The notes beneath the pieces were generated by a model. The model did no database searches. It was given only the letters and a program-made list of their open reading frames with translations, and was not told where the DNA came from. From positions 169,260,001-169,324,000 of the forward strand of contig NC_042997.1 in the NCBI RefSeq assembly GCF_006345805.1: a DNA stretch of 64,000 bases, in the 5' to 3' direction. The DNA comes from Octopus sinensis. Its lineage: Eukaryota. How positions within the stretch are numbered: position 1 is the first letter of the stretch; every line of letters starts with the position of its first letter. Of the stretch, positions 38,754-51,283 are shown in pieces. Made by a program: the position numbers and the translations under genes.

Positions 38754-39735
38754 CTGGAAATAAAACAGAAATAAACATCTTAGTAATATCTTTGAAGAGG
38801 CCTGGCAACATAATCTAAGCAGACTAGTTCTTCATCTTTTTTTATGTTAGATATCTTCTGTTTCTTTGTTTTTCTTTACAGTATGGAAATGATCTTTCTA
38901 ACTTATATTCTTCTATAATTCTTGGACATGACTTCCTTAAAGGAGTCTCTAAGGAGAATAATAACATTTGCTCTTCATTCAAGAAAGCTGCCAAGATAAT
39001 GAAAGAGTGATGTTTTGGAGAATCACCCATGTAATTAATCGGATACTTCATGAAAATCTCTCTAACTCTTTTATCATCATTCTCTTCGTGGACAGTCTTT
39101 ATCTGAATGGCTGCCTAAGTCTGGAAGAGTTTTGCCAAAACAATTTAATCCCATGGCGGAAAAAATTATCATATTAAGCTAATTAATGCAACTCATTACT
39201 ATTCTCATATTAAATACTTAACTGACACAATATCATTTAAAGATATAACATCTTCAGCGTCCCGTGAACAGAGTTTCATTGGTGATTTACATGACATTGA
39301 CTTGTTAAAGAATCTGGCCTAAGCAATTTACCATAGTGACATGCTGAACAGTTAGTCTCAACAAGTATGTAAGTAGGTGTAGTCCAATGTCAGCCTGCTT
39401 ATGGAAGAGGAAATCACAGCTCCACCACTTGAAATTACTCATTGCTCCAGAAGAATCAAGAAAAAATTATAAAGACTATATCTTTCAAGTGTCAGTGAAT
39501 GTTATAAATTGCTACTTGTGGTCCAGATATATAATCAAAAACCATAGCTGAGACAGGCAGCCAACCAGTAATAAAATCTTCACATGCATGATGAAACTGA
39601 ACAAAATGATTGATTCTTAGCTCTGTCTCTCATTACAGTGGGAAGGTAGACATTACAATTAAAATTATTTCATTTTTGGATATGGTTTGTAAGATTCTTT
39701 ATATGATTTCATGTGTTTTTGTGTGTTGAAGCATA

Positions 39736-40010
39736 TTCTGTTGTGTCTGAGGAGACTCATTTTCTTTTTGTGCCTTACAATGTAACACACTTACCGGTAA
39801 AATTTCCCCTTATTTATTATTTTTATTTTCCTAAAATTTTCGTTGCGTCTTGCAATGAAATAACAGACAGAGTCAAGACTATTGAAAAGGTTGCAAGATG
39901 CAACGAAACTTTTAGGAAAATAAAAATAAGAAATAAGTGGAAATTTTACCGGTAAGTGTGTTACATTATAAGGCACAAAAAGAAAATGACTCTCCCCAGA
40001 CACAACAGAT
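39736..40010. mobile_element. Foldback MITE, ~120-bp arms, probable TA TSD
   Basis: 39737-39854 is the near-perfect reverse complement of about 39890-40009. TA lies at 39734-39735 and 40011-40012. Confidence 0.85.
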
Positions 40011-40225
40011 TACAATTAAAAGAAATATAAAAATGATGAAGGCAGTATAAACAGCAGCAGTGTGAGACAATGATGTGTTTATAACGACTATGCGTATGAT
40101 TATAGTAGTAGAAAATAATTTACAAAGTAATGATCTGTTCAGTCAAGTTAATTTTTGCTTCAAGTAGACACTGGAAAGAAATGAAATAAATATAGAAAGT
40201 CTATATAGTCAAAACATATTCTTAC

Positions 40226-40296
40226 CAAATGATATGATTCCTAAAGCATCTGTAAAATGTCCATTGGCAAAAGACCATGCATAGGGTGTTGCAGGA
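40226..40296 (-). CDS. SLC38A11: SLC38A11-like exon (71 bp)
   Basis: PATPYAWSFANGHFTDALGIISF with tttcag and GTAAGA boundaries, phase 2/1. Confidence 0.88.
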
Positions 40297-41352
40297 CTGA
40301 AAGAGAGAAAAATATTTTATGGTTGGTGTTGTTTAATTAAGACATTATATATTCACATGTAAATATTTTTAGATGATATATTGTTGCAGTATTGTGAAAT
40401 TTGATAGAGACAGTTTACCAGTGTGGAAGTCCATCAAATGGAACACTATTGCATATACTGTCTATCTGAGTATTATACTACATGTACTGATAACTGTGGA
40501 ATATTCAACTACTTACATTGTAATACAATAAATATGCAGTTCTGTCTGAGCACTTAGAAAACTCCTTATTGAGATAATTTATTGTGTGTGTTTATTTTTA
40601 TTCTTTATCTATTTTATATGTAAACCAAAACAATAGAAATATAAATGTGACAAACTTGACTATTTCTCTGTAGATTTTGCAAAAAAAAAAAGGTGATGAA
40701 CAGCCTTCATTGAGTGTCAAACCTTATTGTGATTCTCATCAGAAGTGTCTACATTAACTCGACCAATCACAGAGAAACAAGTAGCCAGTCTGTTAATATA
40801 CTCAACAAATCCAGTAGCTCCAGAGAAGTGGGATTACTAACTTGCATACGCCAAGTGTTTAACACTTTATTTTAGTATCAGTGGTCTGTCAATGGGGTCT
40901 CAGTCCACACAGTATGAAGGTATGACATAATATATGTAAAGCTATGTTGTAGAAATATAAGCATGAGAAATTTAACTATTTAACTGAAAAAAAAAAATGA
41001 TAACTACCTTAATCAATTTTCAAGCCTTACTGGGATTTCATTAGAGGTGTCTACATCAATTTGCTCAATCTCAGAGAAACAAGCAGCCAGTCTGTTTATA
41101 TACTCAACAAATCCAGTTGCTACAGATAACTGGAGCCAGTAATTTGTATTCCCTAAGTGTTTGTGAACAATAATATCATTAGTTATAGGTTTCCTGAAGG
41201 ACCAATCACTGGATCAGTGCAATTATGATGATCAGAGTGAAAAGTAATGTCAAGAATAGACACCACAAATTAATTTTGACTGAAAACACTTGCTATCTTC
41301 AATTTAGTTTTTGTGCCTATTGTCATTAATGTTGGGTAATGACTGAAGGAGT

Positions 41353-41666
41353 GGAAGCGCAATGGCCCAGTGGTTAGGGCAGCGGACTTGTGGTTGGAGG
41401 ATCGCGGTTTCAATTCCCAGACTGGACGTTGTGTGTGTTCATTGAGCGAAAACACCTAAAAGCTCCACAAGGCTCCAGCAGGGGGTGGTGGCGACCCCTG
41501 TTGTACTCTTTTGCCACAACTTTCTCTCACTCTCTCTTCCTGTTTCTTGAGTAATGTTGTGATGGACTGGCGTCCTGTCCAGCTGGGGGAACATATATGC
41601 CACAGAAACTGGGAAACCGGGCCCATGAGCCTGGCTAGGCTTGAAAAGGGTGAGAAAAAGGAAAAA
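41353..41666 (+). mobile_element. SINE family B with a 15-bp TSD
   Basis: AATGACTGAAGGAGT at 41338-41352 and 41667-41681, with a tRNA-like head and an A-rich tail. Confidence 0.9.
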
Positions 41667-41829
41667 AATGACTGAAGGAGTATGACTGTGAATCTCTTGA
41701 AGGAAAGTGAATGACTGCAAATCTCCTCAGTAACATAGCTTGACAGAGTGTATAGCTTAGAGATCAGCAAGTTTTTCCAAGTTGAGTCATTATTTTTCCA
41801 CTTTGAGAGTGCTCAGCTCTGGTATAATG

Positions 41830-42045
41830 GATATACGGTTTGACTGTCACAGGAAAGGTTTGCCACACAGATTCCTCAAAACTGAGCCAATTAGCAGGTG
41901 ATCTAGGGGTAGACCATAAGCAAAAAGGTGGGTGAATATCCATAGTCTCAGTAGGTCATGCTTGGGAATCCAGCTAGAAAGTGTGATGATGGTTGCTTCT
42001 GATAGGACATTATGGAGAAGGTGCCTGAGAACTACCCCCATGAAA
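41830..42045 (+). mobile_element. RTE-like LINE 3' remnant
   Basis: Degenerate RGRP...W and VASDRTLWRRCL motifs. Confidence 0.4.
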
Positions 42046-43203
42046 AGTGTGCGTTGAAAATGGAGGGCTAGATGAACTACAGCTTTATCATTTTCTTTGT
42101 TAAATATTTTGCTTTGATAGTTTACTTGTATATAGTGGTGTAAAAATACATATATTTTTCTGCACCCATTTAATAGGTCCTGTCACTTAGTTTTTTGCAA
42201 AGTACCATATATGTTCATTGTTGTTTTCTGATTACCTCTGTTGGTTTATATGAATTATATATATATACACCTCAGTATGTGTAAGTATATTTATTTTATC
42301 TTTAGTTTACAAACAAGCACCTTCATTTATTGTCATATATATCTTGCTATAGCCTACATTTCTTCTCTTTTTTTTTTAACTAATAAGAGTTCCATAGACA
42401 ACAGTAAATGTTAACAATTTGGGCAATTCAACATATTACATATGACAATTTCATTATTTTAATGGTTCACAACCTGCCAAGAATCTTAAACAAATTTATT
42501 TATTAAAGCAAAATGTATCCAAAATTAGCAATTTCTTTAATGTAATTTTCCACAATCAGGGAAGAACTTAAGATAATTGAAATTTAACAATGAAATTAAT
42601 TATGTAACATGTTAAATTTGGTAGTATATAATAAAAGGATGATTGTTTGAGGCAATTTAACAAATTAGCAAAAGAGTGAATAATTTTTAACAATTAAATT
42701 TTAATTATGAGATTTGGAAATTTTTTTACATAATTGGTAAATGACTTGTAATTTAATAATTTTTTTTTTAAATGTTGAAGAATTTTTGGTAAAATGTCTG
42801 ACAATTTTCAAAAATTAGCAAAATATGGCAAGGGATGAAGGACTGTGACAACTTGGCTCCAGAAATGGTAAAAAGATTCTCATTCAGATTAGCATGAAAC
42901 ATAACTGTTGGTCATTTTATTATAGGTTACTGCTATCTGCTGAATTTTCCTCCGTTTGAGATAAAATAGTAAGTTAGAGTGTGAAAGTGTATGAGTTCCC
43001 CAAAAAACTTGTCACATATACATAAGCAAATACTCATACATATTTTCATAATATGATTACTCATATACATGTCTATATATATCTTTATATTGAAAATTAT
43101 GATAATAAAAGTCAATGATGATAACATTACAAATGACTTGATCTGTAAAGACAACTGGAACTGATAGTGGGAAAATTTTGAATTAGAATATCTTAATACT
43201 CAC

Positions 43204-43283
43204 ACCTTTGCTGTCATTGTAGGAAGACGAAAAATGATGACTAAGACAACAAAGAATATTAATAACAATGCCAGACCTGCCCA
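43204..43283 (-). CDS. SLC38A11: SLC38A11-like exon (80 bp)
   Basis: WAGLALLLIFFVVLVIIFRLPTMTAK(V), a transmembrane helix. Boundaries tttcag and GTGAGT, phase 0/2, compatible with both neighbouring exons. Confidence 0.85.
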
Positions 43284-43359
43284 CTGAAACAAAAGAGAGA
43301 GAAAAATTATTAAAGGATACTGCCTTAATGACATATGTAACAATGGTTTCAAATTTTGG

Positions 43360-43920
43360 TACAGGGTCAGCAGTTTTTGAGGGGAGGGGAAGAGTCAATT
43401 ACATCAACACCAGTACTTGACTCATGCTTATTTTATCAACCCTGACAGGATGAAAGGCAAAGTCAATCATTGCAGAATTTAAACTCTGAATATAAAGACA
43501 GACGAAATGCCACTAAGAATTTTGTCTGGCATGCTAATGATTCTGCCAGTTTACCACTTTAATGATACATATATGAATGTTTTCAAATTTTGGCACAAGG
43601 CCGGCAATTTTGGGGTACAATTCCCACTGCTCAACTGATACTTATTTTATCAACCCTGAAAGGATAAAAGGCAAAGTCAACCTTAAAGGAATAATACATG
43701 ATAATCCTTTCTACTGGAGGCACAAGGCATCAGATTTGTGGGGAGGGGACTAGACGATTATATCAACCCCAGTGTTTCACTGGTACTTAATTTATCGACC
43801 CCAAAACGATGAACAGCAAAGTCAACTTTGGCAGAATTTGAACTCAAAACATAGCAACAGACGAAATACTGCTAAGCATTTCGTCCAGTGCACTAACAAT
43901 TCTACCAGCTCACCACCTTA
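43360..43920 (-). mobile_element. Cluster of degenerate SINE family C copies
   Basis: Repeated segments ttatcaaccctga..ggatgaaaggcaaagtcaa and gaatttgaactc...ctaagcatttcgtcc. Confidence 0.7.
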
Positions 43921-43976
43921 ATAACACATATAATAATAACACATAAAAGTACCCATTTGTTGCTGATTTTGAATAA

Positions 43977-44369
43977 TCTATATATATAAAGCTGAAGTTG
44001 TCTGTGTATGGCAGGTTTGGTAGCCTTCAACTAACACTATCTCTTCTGAGACCCTGCGGCACAAGTTGACCAAAATTGAGAGTATGATAGAAGAAGGCTT
44101 GCTCTTCTTTCTGTAGAAGAAAAAATTCAAATCGGACCATGTTAACACCAAAAATTATTTCCATTAAAAAGGTGCTTTTTTTCTATGAAAATCCCTATTT
44201 TTTACGATTTTTGACTGCTGTGCCACCTTTTTTGGTGTATTTCAACCAGAAAAATGTTCACTTAAAGAGAATAAGAAGCCAAGCTACATAATGCAAAATT
44301 TTTACTTTTCAAAAATTCCAATTCTAAAGGGTTGAAACAAACCCGAGCAATGCCAGGCGATACTGCTAG
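43977..44369 (+). mobile_element. Non-autonomous Helitron
   Basis: A|TCTATATATATAAAGC at the 5' end. At the 3' end CCCGAGCAATGCCAGGCG precedes ATACTGCTAG|T. The ends resemble those of 13036-13863. Confidence 0.85.
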
Positions 44370-44679
44370 TGTCTAATAAAATTACTTCATCTAATGTTCC
44401 ACTCAAAACTAAGCTGACTAAAGTTGCTGAAACAAGTGTCCCATTATTTTTACCTTGTACATTTTCCACAAAGAGCACAAAATGAGAGAGAGAGACTGAT
44501 CAATAAAATAAAAACAAATAAAAGCAAACAAAAATAAATATTTTACATTGACATTTAACAGTTGGGTTTCACTTAATGCACTTTCTTAACAGCAGACATG
44601 CTTCGTAGTTTGATTTCACACTCATCAACATGCTTAAATACCATCTGTTAGATATTTCCTTCTTCATATCGAATAACCT

Positions 44680-45490
44680 TCTATGCATGCATGGGTGTGT
44701 GTATATGTGCATGTGTGTATGTATGAATGCTTCTTCTATATGCACGTGTGTGTATCCATACATATATTTGTGTGTTGATATGAGATGTGTGCTCTGTGTA
44801 TATCTGTGTATATGTATGTGAATACGTGCATGTGTGTGTATGTGTGTGCATGTGTGTGTGTGTGCATGTGGTGTGTGTTCAAATAGGCACATGTGTTTGT
44901 ATCAGTGTTTACATGTGCATGTATGTGTGTGTATGTAGATGTATGTGCATGCATGTTTGTATGCATGTGTGCATGCACATCAACATGGATGATCTTGTAT
45001 GCCTACATGTAATTGTTTGTGTATATGTATGCATGTGTGTTTTGTGTGAGAGCATGCATTGCTTGTATGCATGTATGCATGCACATGTGAGTGGATGATC
45101 CTTTGTACCTGTGTGTGATTGTGTATGTGTATGTGTTTCTATGTGTGAGTACATGTACGTTTGTATGCATGTTTATATACACATGCATGTGAGTGATCTT
45201 GTATGCTTGCTTGTATGTTCCTGTGTGTGTGTGTGTGTGTTGTGCATGCATATGCATGTGCTTTTATGTGTGCAATTGTGTGTGTGCATGCATGTTTGTA
45301 TGCATGTCTGCATGGATGATTTTGTGTTATTTGCATATGTATATGTATTTATAGGTATGCATGCATGCACATATGTGTAAATGATCTTTTGCATCAATAT
45401 GTGCTTGTTTGAGCGTGCATATGTTTGTGTGTCGGCATGTGTATGTATGCACAAATGCATAGGTATATGTATGAGTGAGTGTGTACGTTA
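44680..45490. repeat. TG/CA-rich degenerate minisatellite with ~100-bp higher-order units
   Basis: Alternating purine-pyrimidine TGCA/TGTA text punctuated by GATGATCTTGT-like markers near 44987, 45093, 45195, 45315 and 45383. Confidence 0.75.
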
Positions 45491-47019
45491 ATTGATTTCC
45501 CTTTTCTTCTCTGTTAAAATAATTTCCCCATTACCATGTTTACTGATTTCAATTGAAATATTTCCGATCTATCATGAAAGAGGAAATCCTTCAAGAAGTT
45601 TAGAATGTCATCGGTCTCACTATACTGATAAATAAAACAATCTTGCATTCTGTTGTTGTTGATGTTGTTGCTGCTGTTTTCATCATCATCGTCTTCATAA
45701 TCTTTGTTGTCATCATAATTTTTATTCTTGTTCTTGTTTATGTTGATGTTTTTCATACTGATAGAGGTTGTTGGGGGTTTATGTGATTAAAGTGTAAGTG
45801 TCTGTGGGCGGGATGATGATAGTGGAGTGATAGCAAGAGTCTGGAATAAGGAGCAGGGGGTGAGGCTGTAACAAGCAGACGGGGGTGCACTATATATAGT
45901 AGAGCAGCTTTATGAATGGAAATGAGATCCAGTCAATACTCTGAAATGCATGCTTCTTAACTATTCGTTATTAAAAAATACTCCTCAAAAGGCAGAGGAG
46001 GAAACAGGATCTAATTTTTAATAGGTTTTAAAAAATTCAAATCAAACCAATTTGAAAGAAATTGAAGTAATTAATACAGGACCATCTTAATACATTTTGA
46101 TACCAACCCACCTCAGACTGTCCCTGGCTCCATGATGAAAATTCAGTATCTTTAGGTGAACTTAATTAAAAGGTTTCATAAATGTCATAATTATGTTCCA
46201 AACACCAGGGTAATAATGGTAGTGTTACTTTACTAAATTCTTCATTATTTTTAAAACTAAACAAACATTTTTCAACAGAAATAGGTTAACAAAAGGGTAA
46301 AGTGTTAGATCTGTATTTTAATGTATTTTTATCTTCAATTTAGATCATGATCTAAATATTTTATTGATTTAGGTTTTTTTTCCCACAAGACAAATTTTGT
46401 ATTAAAAATAGTCAAAGTCTAAAGTTCTGTTAAATCAAATATGATGGGTTGTATAGAATATCGGGGAACATAAGATAAAATGTATTTTTTTATAAGTGCC
46501 ATACATATGGTATGGAACAGAGAATGATGTACAGAATGGATTTAATAGTTATCAAGTTAACAGGTAAATAGTTAGAACAGTTCATATCCTGCAACTAGCA
46601 GTTTGTTATTGTCATCATCATCATCATCACCATCATCAGTACTACCCCACCACTGCCGAGGTAATTATCACCCTAACTTCCACCTCCACTGCTAACACCA
46701 CCATATCACTGTTGTCATTGTCACCCCCATCATCCTCATCATTGTTGTAATGCCATCATCATCATCATCGTTGTGGCTGTTGTTGTTGTCATTATCATCA
46801 TCATTTTTTTTTTCAATGCTGGCATGCTTTGGAAGTGTCTTACAATATCTTGCCAGTCCTTACAAATACTTTCTCTGTGGCACAAATATCAACAAAGAAA
46901 ACCACCTACCACAGTCTACATTACAACATATACTGGGTGCATTTTAGCATGCCACCACACTAGAGAAACTGTCTATAACAGGATAAAAAACCTATTGGTT
47001 CTTATTCAGAATTACTATG

Positions 47020-47341
47020 GGTAAAATTTTCGTGTAACACCTGCACAATTTTCACTAAGAAAAAAAAACTCGGATTTTTTGCATGGAATCAAGTACCCTG
47101 ACCTCGTAATATGCTGCAAATCCCATATTTTGGTCCGAAAGGGTCCCCCCCCCCCGGAATTTTCTCTAAGAAAATAAAACAGATTTTTTGCGTGGAATGA
47201 AGTACTCTTGGTCCGGACCAATTCGAACCAAAATATGGGATTTGCAGCATATTACGAGGTCAGGGTACTTGATTCCATGCAAAAAGATCCAAGTTTTTTT
47301 TCTTAGTGAAAATCGTGCAGGTGTTACACGAAAATTTTACC
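47020..47341. mobile_element. MITE with ~120-bp TIRs starting GGTAA and an 8-bp TSD with 1 mismatch (Merlin-like)
   Basis: 47020-47139 is the reverse complement of 47222-47341. Flanks are TTACTATG (47012-47019) and TTACTATC (47342-47349). Confidence 0.85.
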
Positions 47342-48197
47342 TTACTATCTTCCCAGATTGGTATTCTGTGATGCTGCTGGCAGAGTCCACATCTCCTTTA
47401 TATATTCTATTTTTTGGCAAGGTTTCTATAGCTGGATGCTCTTCCTATCATTGATGTAAGTGTGCACATTTATGTGTATATGTATGTGTATATACATTTT
47501 AGCTTGTGTACATGTGTGCATATCTCATTTTCTTGGATATACACACATATTTACTCAGATATAAAGCATACACACATACATGGATACAGTTGCTTCCTCT
47601 TTATTGCACACACATACAACCACTCTGTAACATGGATATTTTATTGTATCACTAGCACCAGCTCTGCACTAAAGACACTTAATTCTCAATAGCTGAGTCC
47701 ATCTTGCTGTAAACCACTTTATGATGATTAGAGATCGCTGTATTAAGCAGTAAAAACACTACAAAAGTGTCAATCACTTCATTTTATTGCATAGCCAAAT
47801 TCAACTTCAGTGGTTCAAATTTAGAAAAAAATTGATTTTTTCTCATTTTACAATATGAAAGTGGAATACTCAATGATACCTAAAAGGCTTGTGTACTGTT
47901 GTTCTTATCACCACCCCATCACCAATATCTTATTATTGATATATGATGATCAGATGTCACACATAGCATTTTCAGTCATACTACCACCACTTCCACTGCC
48001 ACCACCACCAGCTAAAACAACTGCTTTATTGGGGACAGTGAAGACTTTAGGATTGGTACTTGAGTGGTAAATTTAGTGGAAAATGATGCTGTGAGATCTT
48101 TGACAACAGGTTGCTGTTCACTCTTACAGAATTAACTGGGACAAGTAGAATCAAGAGTTCTGAGAAGTAAAATGCAAATAACAACAACAACAACAAC

Positions 48198-48740
48198 ATG
48201 AAAAGTGAGGGCTAAAGAGAGGCAAGACATTGTATGAACACAAACTGCAGAGTGATGGAGTCGGAGACTAGCAAAATTCTCTGGGATTTCCCAATCCAAA
48301 CAGATCATGTGCTAGAGCATAACAGACTGAACCTAGTGGTGGTGGACAAGGTGCACCACATATGCTATGTAGCTGACATTGCATGCCCTTTTGACCCATG
48401 AATAATCAAGAAGGAAGGCGAAAGGATTGATAGATTAAGCCCTTTTAGGTATGAAATAGCCTGGCTATGGAAAATGAAGAAGGTGAAGATAGTGCCAGGG
48501 TTATTGTTGGGTCTTTGGGAACAGTATCAGAAGGCATTAAGAGGAATATGAAGGAAATCGTAATCAAGTGCCCAGCAGATCTGTTACAAAAGGTTTGCCT
48601 CCTTGGCACAGCCAGAATAATCAGGAAGGTATTAGATAGCTGAAAAGAACAGATAGCATGGTACCATAGGTGGCAGGTAGTAAGCCCACTATGCATGCAA
48701 GACTCCAGGATCTCCAACAAAACTTGTGACAAAGAGAAAA
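48198..48740 (+). mobile_element. R4/Dong-like non-LTR retrotransposon 3' fragment 1 (restriction-like endonuclease)
   Basis: KILWDFPIQTDHVLEHNRLNLVVVDK..DIACPFD..KE and QKVCLLGTARIIRKVL*, followed by (AAT)n. Confidence 0.82.
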
Positions 48741-48778
48741 TAATAATAATAATGGTAATGATAATAATAATAATAATG

Positions 48779-48877
<99 letters not shown>

Positions 48878-48900
48878 CTATAATAATAAAAATAAAACTA

Positions 48901-48943
<43 letters not shown>

Positions 48944-48962
48944 GTAATAATACTAATAATAA
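48738..48962. repeat. (AAT)n array
   Basis: About 220 bp of AAT repeats with few interruptions. Confidence 0.95.
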
Positions 48963-48964
48963 TA

Positions 48965-50570
48965 AAAATACTGAAACACTGATCTCAGATGACAACATAA
49001 AAATTGTCGAAGACATAAAAATCATCATGAAAACAGCAAAACAAAACATACTAAAGAAGAAATGGAGAAAAAAATCACTCCATGGTCAATACCCTGCAAA
49101 GCTTGGCAGAGAAGATGTAAGCCTAACCAAAAGCCAACAATGGCTCAAAAGCTCTGGACTAAAAGCTGAAACAGAAGGACTGATTCTTGCTGCACAAGAC
49201 CAATGCCTAACCACAAACAAGTATGAAAGCAAAATAATGAAAATAGACCCTAACACTAAATGAAGAATGAGCAACCTGCACAATGAGACAGTTGACCACA
49301 TCATCTCTGGCTGTCCACTCCTTGCCAAATCTGAATATATATATACAGACATAACTGAGTAAGTAGTTATATCCACTGGACAATATACCAACACTACAAC
49401 ATAAAAACTAACAAAAAAAATGGTACAAACATGTACCAAACAAGGTATATGGCAATGATCAGGCCACATTTATCTGGAACATGCCTGTTCAAACTGACAA
49501 AAAAATAAAAGCCAATCACCCAAACATAATAATCAAAGATTGGAAAAAAAAAAAGAAAAAAATACCTTCTTACTGATTGATATTGCAGTCCCTTCTGGCC
49601 AAAATATTACCCCAAAAGAAGTAGAGGAATTGTCAAAGTATAAAGACCTCTAAATTGAAGTATTCAAAATGTGGGGAATGAAAGTGAAAACAATACCAGT
49701 AATAATTGGAGCATTGGGTATTTTACTCTTTTACTCTTTTACTTGTTTCAGTCATTTGATTGCAGCTATGCTGGAGCACGCCTTTAGTCGAGCAACTTGA
49801 CCCCCAGGACTTATTCTTTGTAAGCCTAACACTTATTCTATCGGTCACTTATTGTCAAACTGCTAAGTTACGGGGACGTAAACACACCAGCATCGGTTGT
49901 CAAGCAATGTTGGGGGGGACAAACACAGACACACAAACATATACACACACATACACATATATATACATATATACAGCAGGCTTCTTTCAGTTTCCGTCTA
50001 CCAAATCTACCCACAAGGCTTTGGTCAAGCCGAGGCTATAGCAGAAGACATTTGCCCATGGTGTCACGCAGTGGGACTGAACACAGAACCATGTGGTTGG
50101 TAAGCATATGATAAAAAAAAAAGTATGAACAAAAACACAGAAGTTCTACCTAGACCTTCAACACAACACACTTTCTAAAAAATAGCCCTACTAGGAACAG
50201 GCCACATCCTACAGAAGACATTATCAGTTCAATAGTATAATCCAAATAAAACAATCCACAAACACAAGAAACACTGTATACAGTAAATATCCAATAAAAT
50301 ATACAACCCCCACAACATACATACTCTACAGGCTGGATAGCCAACAAAAGATCACAGCTTACATTACACATACAACACATGATACGAATACTAATACAAC
50401 AAAAGACAGCAGCCAAACCCTATAACAAAACAAACTGATGCAATACAATACCAGAATGAGTATTGCATTCCCCACAACAACAAAAAAGAACACACAATGC
50501 TGTACACACCACCTCAGCAACACAGAGGTGTAGCAGGTGATGCAGTAGAAATCTACCTGAAACTATCAAA
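48965..50570 (+). mobile_element. R4/Dong-like fragment 2 (zinc knuckle + RLE), interrupted by a SINE
   Basis: SLHGQY...WLKSSGLKAETEGLILAAQDQ...ETVDHIISGCPLL...IDIAVP...IPVIIGALG, resuming after 50105 with MIKK and KIALLGTGHILQKTLSVQ*. Ends at an AAT/GAT run. Confidence 0.85.
49721..50105 (-). mobile_element. SINE family A, slightly 5'-truncated, inserted in Dong fragment 2
   Basis: Reverse complement of the 32066-32468 copy. Confidence 0.88.
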
Positions 50571-50685
50571 TGTTGAATAATAATAATGATGATGATGATG
50601 ATGATGATGACTACACAGATGCCGCCACCAATGACAATAATAATAATAATGATAATGATTATAATAATAATAACCCTAATATATT

Positions 50686-50914
50686 TTTTTATTGCCCACA
50701 AGGGGCTAAACATAGAGGGGACAAACAAGGACAGACAAAGGGATTAAGTCGATTACATTGATCCCCAGTGCAAAACTGGTACTTTATTTGTCGACCCCAA
50801 AAGGATGAAAGGCAAAGTCAACTTCGGCGGAATTTGAACTCAGAACGTAACAACAGATGAAATACCACTAAGCATTTCGCCCGGTGCGCTAATGTGTCTG
50901 CCAGCTCACCGCCT
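50686..50914 (-). mobile_element. SINE family C
   Basis: Homologous to 3255-3472. Confidence 0.85.
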
Positions 50915-50926
50915 CGATAATAGCCC

Positions 50927-50985
<59 letters not shown>

Positions 50986-50986
<1 letters not shown>

Positions 50987-51283
50987 GGGAACCGAAAATT
51001 ATATGAGAATGATCCCTGGCTTACCATCCCTGCAAGAAGTGCAAAAGATTGTCTTAACTGGTACATCACACGTATTGAGAAGAGCATTGTCGCTGTGAGA
51101 ACTATTACTACCCATGTATTTTAATTTAACTTCAAAAAAAAATTTAAAAAAAAAAAAATGAACGGACTATTGAGTTTAGTTTAATGGCCTACCAATGTAT
51201 ACTATGAGTTTCTTTGCCCTAGGAGTCGGAAAGACACTCGGCAAGAAATGGAAGCAAATTTGAAAGAAGAAGAAAAAAAAATG
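50986..51283 (+). mobile_element. R4/Dong-like fragment 3 (extreme C-terminus + 3' UTR)
   Basis: GTENYMRMIPGLPSLQEVQKIVLTGTSHVLRRALSL*, bracketed by (AAT)n at 50928-50985 and at about 51285. Confidence 0.7.
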
